Made by a program: the position numbers and the translations under genes | The notes under the pieces: model-generated | What the model saw: the letters and a program-made list of their open reading frames with translations, nothing else | The model's database searches: none | Told to the model about the DNA's origin: nothing | Shown: piece after piece, positions 21,853-34,008 of the stretch | Layout: every line of letters starts with the position of its first letter | Position numbering within the stretch: the first letter of the stretch is position 1 | From: Catajapyx aquilonaris | Taxonomy: Eukaryota | Direction: 5' to 3' | Length of the DNA: 34,269 nucleotides | Assembly (NCBI GenBank): GCA_000934665.2 | Contig: JYFJ02004155.1 | Coordinates: 1 to 34,269 of the forward strand

Positions 21853-24800
21853 GACTGTTGTCTTCAGCGATCCATAATGCATGTAATTAATTTAAATTAA
21901 TTTATATTATTTAATAACACATTTTCGTGGCCATATCATCTTTGTTTATAGAAATGATCGCAAATGTGCGCAAAAATGACGTAATTGGGAAAGCATGTGG
22001 GTAATGTTTACAGCAGTGCGTTATGTCATCCAATTGCCGAATCCGTCACGCTTTGTTCAGTATGACTCGTAATCGCGAAATTTTTAACTGCGCAATATTT
22101 TGGCTCCATGCCCATTTTTTTTGTTCGCCCCCCCCCCCNCCCCCCCCCCCCCTCCGCCCCCCCTGAAACTTTTAACATACTTCGGACGCAGCCACCGTCC
22201 ACCTGACTTGACCTTGACCTTGACCTGTCCCACATTAAAAGGGACAGTGGCATGCCGGGACAGTACGCAAATAAAAATCCAGCGACGTAAATAACGCGAA
22301 TTTTAAAAAGAGTGTTCGAAAAATGACGTCACGCACGTTTCGGACGCGCCTTCTTGTGGAACGTTCTGAAAGGTTCTCAAAAAAAATATGGAAGAAAAAA
22401 TTATTTCGGAAAAAAAGAAATAATTGGCAGATGAGGCCCGTTTTCGAGTCGTTGAGCGGACCAGGAATTGCCCCAGGAGGATTTATTGCGGCCAGGGTTT
22501 GTATATATGAAGGGCCAAACGGGGAGCCTCACTTTCATTGCCACTTTCCACCTGCACGTTACGTACAGTTCTAAATCCTTCTAATAAGAAGTGACTTAAT
22601 TTTTTCCCCATTTACCAGGTACCCTGGCAATTATTGAATAATTGCAATGGGCATTCGCATTGCAATTGATGTCGACAGTTTGTCACCTGTTGAGCGCAGG
22701 TGCACGGCACACAATCGAGTAATTTATCACCTGTCTCGTGTAGCCTGATGACAAATGTCCGCTTTCTTATTCATGTGCAGCCCCTAGTGAGACGTGAGTT
22801 TCACAGGTAGATTGGCACGTTTATGTCCTGTAGCAAATTAATAAAATAAATATGTATACTGGCATACCTCGCTTTTAGACCGGCATGCCGATATAGCCGC
22901 CAGATCGTGCTTTTCTAAAAACTGGTCGACCTCGATTGCACCGGCGCTTTAAGCGATGTAATACGGTACATACAGTACTATATCGCTCGAAAAGATGAAG
23001 ACGATTTTGCATTGAAACCAAATGTATAGTCAAATCGTCTCCATCTTTTTGAGCGATATAACAGGCCTAAATATACAGTACATACACTGATGCATACAGT
23101 GCGCGAGTGCACGTTAAAGGTCCCCAGAGTGGCCAAATTTCCAGGAGGAGGACCACCCCCCTGGCGTCGGTGTTGAGCCTTAGAGGCAGAAATAGGCCGA
23201 TGTTAAGCCCCACTGAACCCAGTACATACACTCATAATACATACAGTACACCCACATACACCCATACATACATTTACATACACACATACATACACATACA
23301 GGGTGAAGGGAAACTCACGTACAATCGCCAGGTAGACTGATAGGACTCGAAAAACTGATCTAGGGATGTGCAATTAGTTTTGGCTGCGGTTGCGTAGTTA
23401 ATACGTACGGCACCGTCAAAGTTTCGCGCCGTCACATCCGTTCCGCCAGCTTCTAAGAAGCAAATGTCAGCTCGAGGGCCTCCGGTGCCTTGCCTTGGTT
23501 CCCTAACACATCGTCCATGTGCAAAAGACAATCATATCCCGTCAGAGTCAGGGTACGACACCTGTCGTTTTTGCCTCATATTCCACCATCCGGCCCTGTA
23601 CACTTTAAGGGCGCCATACACATTAACTACGCCATATGCATTAACTACGCAACTGCGCTCAAAACAAATTGCGTATCCCGAAATTAGTTTTGCGAGCACT
23701 ATCAGTGTACCTGGCGATTGGGGGCGAGCTTCCCTTCACCCTGTATACATACAGTACATGCACATTTGAGAACTTTAGTCGTGCCTGGACTCTCGAGGCT
23801 AAGTCTGGTGTGCTGAGTACAATAAATTGTTTGACCGAAGCAGGTTGGCATAGTGGATAAGGCGTCCAACTGCTAATCGGGAGGTCCTGGGTTCGAATCC
23901 CGGGGCCGGCAACTCTGGCCGTGGTTTTCTGTGGTTTCCCACGGTCCTTCCAGGAAAATTCTGGAGTTGCTTCCGTAATTAATAGGCCACAGCCGCTTCC
24001 TTCCGTCCCTATCCTATCCCAAAAAGCGCAGTAAAATGAAAGCAAAGAGTTCCCGGCAAAACAAAAACTTCCCCCCTAAAGAGCAGACAGGCTGATAACG
24101 GGGTATGAATTATTTATTATTATTATTCAATAAATTGTTTGTAGAGCTGTCCTGATTGTGTTTGAGGAGTATTAAAATTTTAGTGCTGAGGGCTTTTTCT
24201 TCGGTTGAGCAAACCTTGCGCCGCTTTGACTTTTATGGGATGTCCAGTTCCGGACGCATAACCGGAGTAACGCTTGGGCTTGGAGATGACTAGCCAGGGT
24301 ACAAGCAATGCACATTTTAAACTAGGAAGTGCATTCGGAATCCTTGATTATTGCAGATGTTAAAGGCTGCGTTTACTTGTGAGCCATTTGATCAGCGATG
24401 TGCGGAAGTCAACAGAAGCCATGTAGCTGATGCGATAAAATGATGATGTGACTGATGTGAGTTGGGATGTTGGCAGGAGCTCATCAACAATTTTAAAATG
24501 ACGATTTGGCCGGTGTAAAATCTTCACATGTTGCACAATCATTAACTCGTTATTCCCATAGGATCAACCATGTCACCGAAGTAGCACATTTTTTTTGCCA
24601 GGAAATGCGAGTCTTTTGGTGACATGATATCCGGAAACTCCCTGGTCCCTTTGGAATCCCATTAACGAGCTCAAGGCTTCCCCTTTTCCAAACTGCGTCC
24701 TGAACCTGTAAATTGTTTGTGGCATATCACGAAACGCTATGCCCGGAGGACCAGCATCGCATTGCGTCAGACGTAGCTAGAATTGGTAGCTGTTTCGTGA

Positions 24801-27800
24801 AATTATTTGCCAAGTTCACATGATATTTTAACACTCTTTGAAGTTTAAAATTTGGTCCGACTTCTGCTCCAACCCTCGTACCCTGCATAGTTCAACGTTG
24901 CATAATGCAAATGCTAATAGCGCAGTAGTGTGAGAGTACACAATAGGCTGTAAATTGTCTGCTTACAATGCTCAAACATGCATTGACGTAAATGGTCCTA
25001 CAGTATTCGTGAGCTGTAATTAGTTGCGACTGTCACATTGTAAGTTGCTCTTGAATCAAGTTGAATCAGTCGCATTGCATGGATTCGTGTGGAACTTATC
25101 CCGATTTTGCTTTTACGAACTTCATCCAAACAAGTACGTTTTGAGATGCGATTGTAATTTTGAGATCTGCGATTACTTATCGTACGTTCAAGTTTGCTTA
25201 AAGCGCCTTTAATAACCTGAAGGAACTTAACGAAAGCTTTGTTCTCATCATGGCTGTAGGTGCCAATCTAATGATAGTCCTAATATCAAAGGTAATGGTT
25301 GCAGCCTCATTACATCCGCAACCTTTCCCTGTAAACGACTTTGATGGCCTCGATGGTAATTGCCTTGTAACGAGATCCCCTCATTAAAGAAAGGCTCCGG
25401 GCCTTCGTCGTAAGCGTCTTACATTATTTCCACTACAAGTAGCAGCGAATAATTTATGCCATTGCATCCAAGTGTCAATGTTTATTTAGGCCACTATCAA
25501 GTGACATTAATTAATTATCTGGCAGGACTTGATCCTTTTTTTACATCGCTCACAATGAGATGTAAGCTAATTCAATATATTGATTTCCACACTTGGAAAT
25601 AAGGAAATATTGCCGTGATCTTCGCGGCTTTTCATTTATTTGCGATGCTTTTATGGCCTGTCTGGTCACATGTTGCTTCTAATCAGGCCGCATTTACATG
25701 TGAGCGATTCGTCCAATTGTTAGGTCGAAAGCAACAATCACATTTCACTCCACAACAATTGATTTCATCGCTCACATGTCAGTATGCAGCCCCGTACTTT
25801 ATAAATGACGGGACATGCCAAATATTTGCATCGTTGCCGTTATTTTAATTGCGGCTCTTGTACTTCTTGTCCAGCAATTATTAATCCCGTAGCCTGTGCT
25901 GCATTGTAAGTACACTTCAACAATAGTTTGCGGAGTTTGGTTCCCAGCAGTTTGAATAAAACATCCTGCGTCATGAACTTACTGCGATTTGTGATTCCCT
26001 GGGCAGACCTGCCGACACATTTCGCATTAACTATTCAGACCCACTGGAAATACCTGGGGCCAGTTCCCCCCCCTTTTTTTTTTCGCAGCTTCTGCGGGGA
26101 AAATCAATTTGCTTTTGTTCGCCGTAATCCACTTTTCATGGGCCTGAGTACCATAATTAGGGCGGTGTAGCTGGGAGGCAATATTTTGTTACGTGAACGA
26201 GGCATTAGTTATGAATGGATTTGTAGGAAGCAACAGGTCGCTGTATTGTTTTATGTTGAACGAGTGTACGAATTTACGTTCACATTTTGCTTTACAGCGG
26301 GATGGCTCCTGAAGCGTCGTATGCTTCCGCCTCGTCGCCTGTGGGCCACATCCAGCACCGAGCCAACCAAGGACTGCGACCTTGTTCTGACCCTCCCTGC
26401 CTTCCCTCCTACAATCACACCATCTATACCAGTCACCCCGTCGTCCCCATCGGAAACCGGGAGCCAAGAAGGCTGCCAGGATGGCCACCGTGACTCCGAC
26501 ACGCCTGACGCCAGCAGCGAAGCGGTGCTGTCCTGGCTTCTCCATCAGTTGCAACAGTCCAGCCCCGAACTGCTTCAGGCGACCCCCATGCGGCATAGCT
26601 CGACAGGCGCACATGCCCTGTACATCCGAGCCACTTGGGAGGGACTACTGAAGGCTGCGGAGGAAGCCCATCTGGCCAAGAGGCTGCGGAATGAGTTTGG
26701 CGGCGGATGGAGAGAGTTTTCCAGAGCCGAAGCGCACCGGTTCAGAGGAGGCGGACGGAGCGACGGGGAGGAACCCACCTTCTTCTCAACACTCGAGAGG
26801 CAGCTGTTGGCACGTAGGCTGTTGGAAGAAGAGCTGCGGGCAGGACCGAAGGCGGAGATCCAAGGACTGCGGTTCAGAGAAGGGCAGGCGTTGGGTGAGT
26901 TTCGGATCATTCGTATGTGTGGCATCTCATTGAAACCGTTGTCTGATTGCAGTTCCGAAGCTGAAGGCCGCTGGACTTGTGGAGCACGTGTATCCGCTTC
27001 ATGACTTGACGACGCTCCACGCGCTGCGACACTCTTGGGTTGGCGCACCCCTCCGTCCACAGCCCCTTGGTCCAGCTCACAGATCTATCTCTAGCTCTAT
27101 TCTCTCTCAGTAGGCCAACTCGAGTTTGCTGCTAGCCAGATCATATCCACATGCGAGCCATTTGATCAGCTCTGAGAAGCGACGCAATTGTTACTTTTGC
27201 GGCAAACAGCTTTGCGATGCTCACAATCGAGGAAAAATTAGCTTTCATCCGCATCAATTTTTTAAAAAGTCGTAACCGAAAATTCAAGCTGCGTGTAATT
27301 TAAGCACCGGCTGACAATTACAGGTGCGTTTACATGTGAGCGATTTGATCGCACGAAGTCATCGCCATGCTTCGCGCCAAACAATTGGATGAATCGCTCG
27401 GCGATGACCAAATCGCTCGCATGTAAACGCATCTTTACTTGACGATTGTGTTCATAAGCGGAAAAGGTCGCTAGTTGCAAGCTCGACTGGCAGTCTCGAG
27501 TTGTCCTTGTTGCTATTTTTTTTTTCCCCGTCCCCACCGCAATTTGCATGCGATTTTTAGTAGATAAGCGTCTGATTTCACGTGACGTTGTAATTTGTTT
27601 TCCCGACTCTTTATTGGGTGGGTGGGACTATACGTGTTCCCCCTTCTTCCAACGCTGCCGGGGGAAATGATTTATTGGGATCTTGCATGCAAGGCCGGAG
27701 GAGCTGTTTTTAATCCGAGGGGGTTGAACGCTCTTTGACTCTTGTAATCCATATATCTGATCGACCCAGTGCTGGACACTTTAAAAAATGAGCAACGCCG

Positions 27801-30800
27801 CTAATAGGCCGAAAGCGTGCGGAAAAAGTGTGTCAACTTTTCATCAAGTTGGGGCCTCGCGTTTTAAAAATATTTTTTTGCTGCATTCATAACCTTCAGG
27901 TTTAACACACGTGAATTATTATCAGGTACATTGCAGGTTATATTTGGCCTACTTAATGAATAATGATTAAAAAATTTGTTGAAACTAGATTCTTAACGCA
28001 ATTAGCTGAGATACTTGTTACGTAATTATTTCATGCGGGGTATTCGCTTGATCCTAATTTCATTCACCTGTCAAGTGCCTTGTTAATCGTCAGTACCTGT
28101 ACTTGTTTAGTCAACATGTCATTGTGGCTTTAAGCCACGCTTACATGTGAGCGATTTGATCAGCGATTGTTGCTTTCTCTCATTGCTGCAACGTCGCTGC
28201 TCATATTGCTCGCATGTGAAGGCGGCTGTTCGCACTGTTAGCACTTTTCAAGTACAGTGTAAGCGCACCACTACCTCTGTTTTTCTCACCAACTATTCGC
28301 ATCTGTTCTGCGACTAATTTAAGCTTCTCTCTCTCCTTACCAGACGACATAGCCAACTACTTTGGCGTTAAGATAGGCCTGTACTTTGCCTGGATCGGCA
28401 ACTACACTTGGGCGCTGTTGTTCCCCGCGCTGGGGGGAATGGCCGTCTGGGTGTGCGAGTGGCAGTGTCCGGACTCCTCCGACGCTCTCTTTGTTGCGCT
28501 GGCTTTGTCCAATGCGGCGTGGGCCTCCCTCTGGTTGGAGGCATGGAAGCGGAGAAGCGCGGCTCTGGCGTACAGATGGGGAACGCTCGACCAGAGAAGC
28601 GAGCTGCTTTCCGAGCCGAGGCCTACCTACAGGGTAAGCCGCAACTTTTTGAACGAGTCCGACATGTCGTAACGTCTGCTTTGTAGGGTCGGCTGGCTCG
28701 CAGCGAGGTGACCGGACTTCTTGAGCCGCACTTCCCGGAGTGGCGTCGCAACCTGATCCGATACGGCGTGTCCCTCCCAGTCGTCTCCATCTGCCTTCTG
28801 GTTGTGTTTGGAGCCATGCTGGCCGTGCTGAGGCTCCAGGACTGGTGGGACTTGCAGCTGGAACACTGGGGCGCGCCCTACTTCCTCGGGTACCTTCCGA
28901 AAGTGCTGCTCGGACTCGTCATCGCCTTACTCAACACCGCGTATCACCAAGTCGCACTCTGGCTCAACCATCTCGGTTAGTATGGCGTCGACTGTACGAC
29001 CAGACTTGGTTACACACGCAATTTATTTCGTGCGCAGAAAACTACAGGCTGGAGGAGCAGTACCAGAACCATCTCACCGTTAAGCTTGTTCTGGTGAGTA
29101 CATTTGTGTCGTGCTCATTAGTTGCCTATGGGTCGACCAGACGTAAAGTACCGCCCCGGTTGTACTTCAGGTGTACGAAGGCCTTCGTACGTAACTAACG
29201 CGTTTATCGTTCCAGTTTGAATTCGTGAACTCCTTCCTGTCCCTATTCTACATCGGATTCTACCTGCAGGACATGGAGCGGCTCAGGGAGGTATGATAAT
29301 CGCTACGTTTAATGACCACGAATATTTGATCCCGTTATTTCCAGCAATTGGCGGCTCTTCTCATAACACGTCAACTGCTGGGCAATGTGACCGAATCGGT
29401 TTGGCCTTTTGTGGTCGCCCAACTCAAGCTGGCTCACATGCTGCTGTGTCCTGCCACGCCGGACCCTGACAGTGTCCCAGCTCCAGCCGAAGACCAGCCT
29501 GAGCCTGCGAGTTCACCCAGAGGTCAGCTGCCGCAAGCCGAGGCCGAGGCTGCGATGGAGACGTACGACGGGACGTTCGGAGACCACCTCGAGATGCTGA
29601 TTCAGTTTGGATACGTGGTGCTGTTCTCATGTGCGTTTCCGCCGGCCGCATTCTGCGCGTTGTTGAACAATCTGTTGGAGATACGATCCGACGCGTTCAA
29701 GCTCTGTTGTGTGTTCAGACGCCCGTTTGCCGAGCGTGTGAATTCAATCGGCCCCTGGCAGGACTGCATGGAGGCCATGGGAGTGCTTGCCGTCGTGGTC
29801 AACTGCGCTCTGATCGCAATATCAGGGCAAGCCGGACGTGCCCTCGGAGGAGCGGAAATACCAGCCGCAGGGCCAGGCACGGCTCTCCTGCTGGTGGTCG
29901 CCCTGGAGCACCTCATGCTGGCGTTAAAAACAGCCATCTCATACGCAATTCCGGACATACCCGGATGGGTCGCGAGGGAGATGGCGAAGGCCGAGTTTGC
30001 AAGGAGAGACGCGTTTCAGAAGGCGTGTGCCGCAGGGCCGCCGTCTGCACCCAGGTTGAGGTAAGACGTCGCTAGTACATTTTAAAGCAGCGATAATTAT
30101 CGACGTGTCTCTCAAGCCCGGGTAGACGTGCATCCGAGGCGGCTCGGGAGGGTCCAGCGTCCGCTCCGGCAACCCCAGGCCATGTCTTCGGCGGCAGGGA
30201 GACCCCGCCGCCTCCTTCCAGCCCCGGATCAGGCAGAAGGCGGACACCATCCCCGGCTAGGGGACACCCGCCATCCAATCCGCCGTCTAACCCTCCATCG
30301 GCCCCGTCAACCCCTCCGACTCCGCATCTCCGGTCTGCGTTGCGTCCATCGAGAGAGTTCGCATCGTCAGACACGACCATGGGGCGTCTCAGAAGGCCGA
30401 TGTTTGACGCCTCCATTGCGGAGGAAGCACGGTAAATAATGAGGCGATCTGTCATGATGTTGTGATGTCGGATTTGATTTCCAGTGTGTCCCACTTGGTT
30501 GGAAGCCTGAGACGAAGCAGTCAGCGGGGCGTCGGTGCGAGTCCGTCGCATCAGGGCGCGTCCGCATCGGATCCGGATATCCGATGCGCTTCCGCCCCAT
30601 CCCTGCCATCCTCCCCTGCGTTGGCGGCTCCCGTTGCGCTCAACCCGCAACCTCATCTGCCGCATCCGGACCATTCATCCTCGTCTCCGTCTTCTTCCAC
30701 GTCCTCACCGAGAAGAATCTTCCGCTTCTCGCCTGAGCACAGCGGTGGGAACATGCCCGGATCACATGCGGTCACCCAGTCGCCGCTCGTGTCCCCGAAA

Positions 30801-31193
30801 TTGCTTCCGAGGCCCACCACACCGCCGCCTCCGGCGGCTCAGGTTGCATCGGCTTCGACGTCCGGTGCACCAGAAGAGGAGAGCCTGGCAGTGCGGAAGC
30901 TGAAGGCCAAACGGAGCCTCCTGAAGCGTGCACGTTCCGTCTCCGTATTCCTGCTGAAGCCCAAGGCGGAACGGGATCCGGCCAAAGAACGAGAGAAGGA
31001 GCTCATTAAGGAGAAGGAGCGTGAGATTAAGGAGCGCGAGAAGGAGCGGAGGCATCGGCAGATGATGGGAACCAGCGGGGCAGCCGCAGTTCCACAGGGT
31101 CCGCCCGTGGGCGAACTGGGGCAGATCCCGCTGGAGAAGCTGATCCAGATCGAGGACCTCAGGTCGGTCCCGCGGAGACGGACCAACCCCTGA
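20513..31193 (+). CDS. ANO8: Anoctamin-8 (TMEM16H), about 1099 aa
   Basis: In-frame GT-AG model: 20513-20648 (exon 1, less certain), 26298-26894, 26953-27069, 28344-28633, 28687-28975, 29038-29093, 29216-29290, 29345-30060, 30117-30431, 30485-31193 (3300 nt). Motifs PTKDCDLV, YPLHD, QPLDDIANYFGVKIGLYFAW, FEFVNSFLSLFYIGF, DHLEMLIQFGYVVLFSCAFP, EIRSDAFKLC, IPDIPGWVAREMAK. Confidence 0.9.
20806..21060. mobile_element. MITE with about 105-bp TIRs, plus an adjacent partial arm copy
   Basis: CTGTTGGGGGTTCAC..ATCAGAAAA (20806-20910) is inverted relative to TTTTCTGAT..GTGAACCCCCAACAG (20950-21060). A direct partial copy of the arm lies at about 20725-20797. Confidence 0.8.
21783..21851. repeat. (AAT)n microsatellite, about 23 units
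   Basis: Perfect AAT run read directly. Confidence 0.97.
22979..23060. repeat. 82-bp hairpin or mini-MITE
   Basis: TATATCGCTCGAAAAGATGAAGACGATTT pairs with AAATCGTCTCCATCTTTTTGAGCGATATA (29-bp arms, 2 mismatches). Confidence 0.75.
23299..23743. mobile_element. Tc1/mariner-type MITE, 445 bp, TA target-site duplication
   Basis: TA|CAGGGTGAAGGGAA ... TTCCCTTCACCCTG|TA with about 115-bp imperfect TIRs, next to a TACA-rich tract. Confidence 0.88.
23834..24127 (+). mobile_element. Full-length tRNA-derived SINE with 14-bp TSD
   Basis: A box TGGCATAGTGG (23846-23856) and B box GGTTCGAATCC (23890-23900). Body GGTTTTCTGTGGTTTCCC..AGGCCACAGCCGCTTCCTTCC resembles known insect SINE bodies, followed by an (ATT)n tail. 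TSD CAATAAATTGTTTG at 23820-23833 and 24128-24141. Confidence 0.92.
25685..25792. mobile_element. Short PIF/Harbinger-like MITE copy
   Basis: AGGCCGCATTTACATGTGAGCGAT ... ATCGCTCACATGT. A solo left end also occurs at about 24364-24400. Confidence 0.65.
27322..27434. mobile_element. Short PIF/Harbinger-like MITE copy
   Basis: AGGTGCGTTTACATGTGAGCGATTTGATCG ... GACCAAATCGCTCGCATGTAAACGCATCT|TTA. Confidence 0.8.
28133..28227. mobile_element. Short PIF/Harbinger-like MITE copy
   Basis: TTA|AGCCACGCTTACATGTGAGCGAT ... ATTGCTCGCATGTGAAGGCGGCT. Confidence 0.65.
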
Positions 31194-32725
31194 CGGCGGG
31201 TGAGGACAACCAGCACCAGGGTGGTCAGGTTTAGCGACCGGGTTGCCATTCACCACTACCTTCCCTCTTCCTGAGGATGCCAGACCATCCGACACTTCCT
31301 GCATGCAACTTGCGGCAGCCGGCAACTGTTGCTCGTAAGGTAAATTATTTTTCCGCTACCATTCGACATAACCCTTTTAAAATTCCGACGTAGTTCAATT
31401 GCCGGTTGCCCATCGAACCTCTCTTCCTGAGAAAAAGCCTCTTATGACAAGCCCGAAAGGAGGGGCATCCATCACATTACCTACCCTCTTTCCTGACGAA
31501 CAAGCCGGAAAAAGTTTGAAAAGGTGGAACGTACGGCCCGTACGAAATTGGTTGCCCGTAATTTATCGTGTTTTTTAATTACGGGGGGTTCAAGTGACTG
31601 CTAAAAGCTTCCAATGAGTTCAATACAAACAACGAAACACTATAGCAAAACTTGCGGACGCAGGATGAGTCGAAAGCTTGAAGCTTTTTGTGTCGCAGCT
31701 TCTATTAGCTGCATTTTAAAATTAAAATAGCGAGTGGCTAACACACGCTTTTAACTCATCCTGTATGCAACGATCACATTTTTTTTCCGCTCCGACAAAT
31801 GAAACTATGCATCAGTCACAATTAACGAGTGTGGTTTATGCAAAAATGGACTTTTCATTTTTTTTAAGGTTTTTGTTACGGAGACGCTATTTTGTATACA
31901 TTTGTTACGACTGGCCGCTTTTGTTAACGAGTGGCCTTCGATTTGTTGGGTTACGGTGCACTCTCTTTTTAGTTGCGGGTCGGTTCCACCTGAGTGTCTC
32001 TCTCTCTCTCTCTGTAATTAGTCTGACGGGGGAATTTAACCTTTTAAAGAATGAAAGCTGGTGGGCACGATTTAAAAAAAAAAGTGCGGAAATTGGCGAC
32101 GAACAATGCTGCGCTTGGCCGACCAATTATTTAGGAAAAACGTACAGCATTGTTGCGCGAATAGTGATCCGATCTGGACCTTTTTGATGTCAGATTCCGT
32201 TCATGTTTGAATGGACAATAGGGCCAACAATCAGCTCTTGCTAGTAAAGGCCGCGTAGGCGTCTCTCGTTAACAATTGCAATTAGCAAATGTGTGTCGAA
32301 CGCTGCGTAATTTTTCAACAGTTGCGACGCTGAATTTGTTGAGTTGACGCCCATTTGATTTAATCGGCATTAAACTGCCCATCGGCTGGTTCCCCCTCCC
32401 GCATTGTTGCGGCTTTTTACGACCGTCATTGTTGTACAGCTAGCCTTCTTTTCTCGACTAACTGTGACCCCCCCAAATCTTCCACAATGTTCACTATATA
32501 ATAATGTACTTTAAAAACAAAAAAAGCTTGTTATTACTATATAAGAAATGCTATGCACTGACTTCCTGACAAACTCTTGTGTCGGTATAAGACACCCAAC
32601 AATCAATCACTCTGCGCATTGTCGTTTTAAGAAACTCTTCCCCCCCTCCCCCCAGAAGAATAAAAAAAAACTAAGCCACGTTACGAGAGCCGACATGGTT
32701 TTTATTCGCACTCGGGTACGGCGGA

Positions 32726-33192
32726 TCAGAAGCGAGATGCGGCGTCCTCCTTTTCCAGGAAGTAGATCTTGACGGGTCCTTTAGATGTTTGGACAGTCTC
32801 CATATGTTTTATTAGGAGCGTGGCTGCCAATCCGTACGCCAAGCACGGTATGCCTGCAAAAAAGTTATTAACAATTAATATTTACCAGACGACATGGATT
32901 TTCTCAGGTGCGACCGACCTAAGTTGGCGACTTTGATTAGCCGGAAGAACATGTCCTCGATGGTCAGATCGGCCGGTTCCCTCCTGGTGCAGTGGAACTT
33001 GACGTACGGGAAGCAGCCCGTCCTGAGTACGTGGTAGTTGGAGTCACGCACCGGCCAGTTGAAGTGCGACCTCCCCCACATGTCCTCGCGGACCGACGTC
33101 CACTTGACGAAGAAGGACGTCCAGTGCGGACAGCACCGCTGCTCCAGGTGTCGGGTGAGCAGCTCCGAAGCCAGTGGCCGGACAAGCCGCAT
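32726..33192 (-). CDS. C15orf61: C15orf61 (DUF4528) homologue, at least 133 aa
   Basis: Exons 32919-33192 and 32726-32853 join in frame: RPLASELLTRHLEQR..PHWTSFFV..SHFNW..NYHVLRTGCFPYVKFHC..KVANLGIPCLAYG..GPVKIYFLEKED. AATAAA on the minus strand at 32701-32706. A possible upstream coding exon at 33340-33394 would splice in frame to 33200. Confidence 0.9.
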
Positions 33193-33912
33193 CTGCTCAT
33201 CTGGAATCTGAAAATAACATTACACTTGACAGTACCAAATTAAGTTCTAATTGTCATTAATGTAAGAGACAATTTGAATAACCCGCGACGAATCGTTCGT
33301 GCGGCTGTCCGCGGTTCGGAAGCGGCCGCACAAACGCACCCGATTTGCTGCTTTTACATTTTGTCTGGTGCTCTAAACCCCCATTTCCTCTCATTACATG
33401 CACGTGCAACACCTGGCGATTGCCAGCAGCCTGCGCAATTAGCACGTCCTGAGTACACCACAATTAACCTGCAATGACGGTCATTTCAGAGGGATTCCTG
33501 TCGAACGCGATGCGAGCACGACCAGGACTAGACACGGAACGGACATCCCAATGACGGAAGGAAAAGGAACGGAATCGAAATTACACTTTTAATTAATTTT
33601 TTCAAAAATTATCATACGCCAAACGCGTTAAAAAAATTGACATGATTATTTTCACACATGTTTCAATTTATTTTGGCCATTTGCGACAACATGTTGGACC
33701 TATTGGCGGACTGGCGGGCACTTTGGATGACTCTGATGACTACTGGATGAATTTTATTTATTAATTAATGTGCAGTTGACTTAAAATATTATTAAAATAT
33801 CCGATCCACCTCCAGAACAAGTGGGTTAATTACTTGTAGTAGGCCTGTATTATTTCATTCGTCGTTTTATTGTTGTATTCATTTCTTGTGTATTATTTAT
33901 TCATTTATTACT

Positions 33913-34008
33913 TGTACTATGGGCGCCAAAAGAATTGACCGGAGTTGATGGGTATATAGCGCCATATACCCATCAACTCCGGTCAATTCTTTTGGCGCCC
34001 ATAGTACA
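33913..34008. repeat. Near-perfect 96-bp palindrome
   Basis: 45-bp perfect arms (33913-33957 and 33964-34008) around AGCGCC. Confidence 0.95.

Noticed and set aside
21697..21882. Poly-Tyr ORF
   Set aside because: Translation of the AAT microsatellite.
22127..22163. Poly-C tract as a G-quadruplex element
   Set aside because: Homopolymer containing an N; sequence quality is doubtful.
23834..23910. tRNA-Ser(GCT) gene
   Set aside because: No long variable arm or acceptor stem; it continues into a SINE body bounded by a TSD.
30061..30064. ANO8 ending at TAA 30062-30064
   Set aside because: The stop lies inside a GTAAGA donor and two further exons join in frame.
31441..31475. SECIS element recoding the ANO8 UGA
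   Set aside because: ATGA..AAA is present, but the stem is too short and the 3' GA of the kink-turn is absent.
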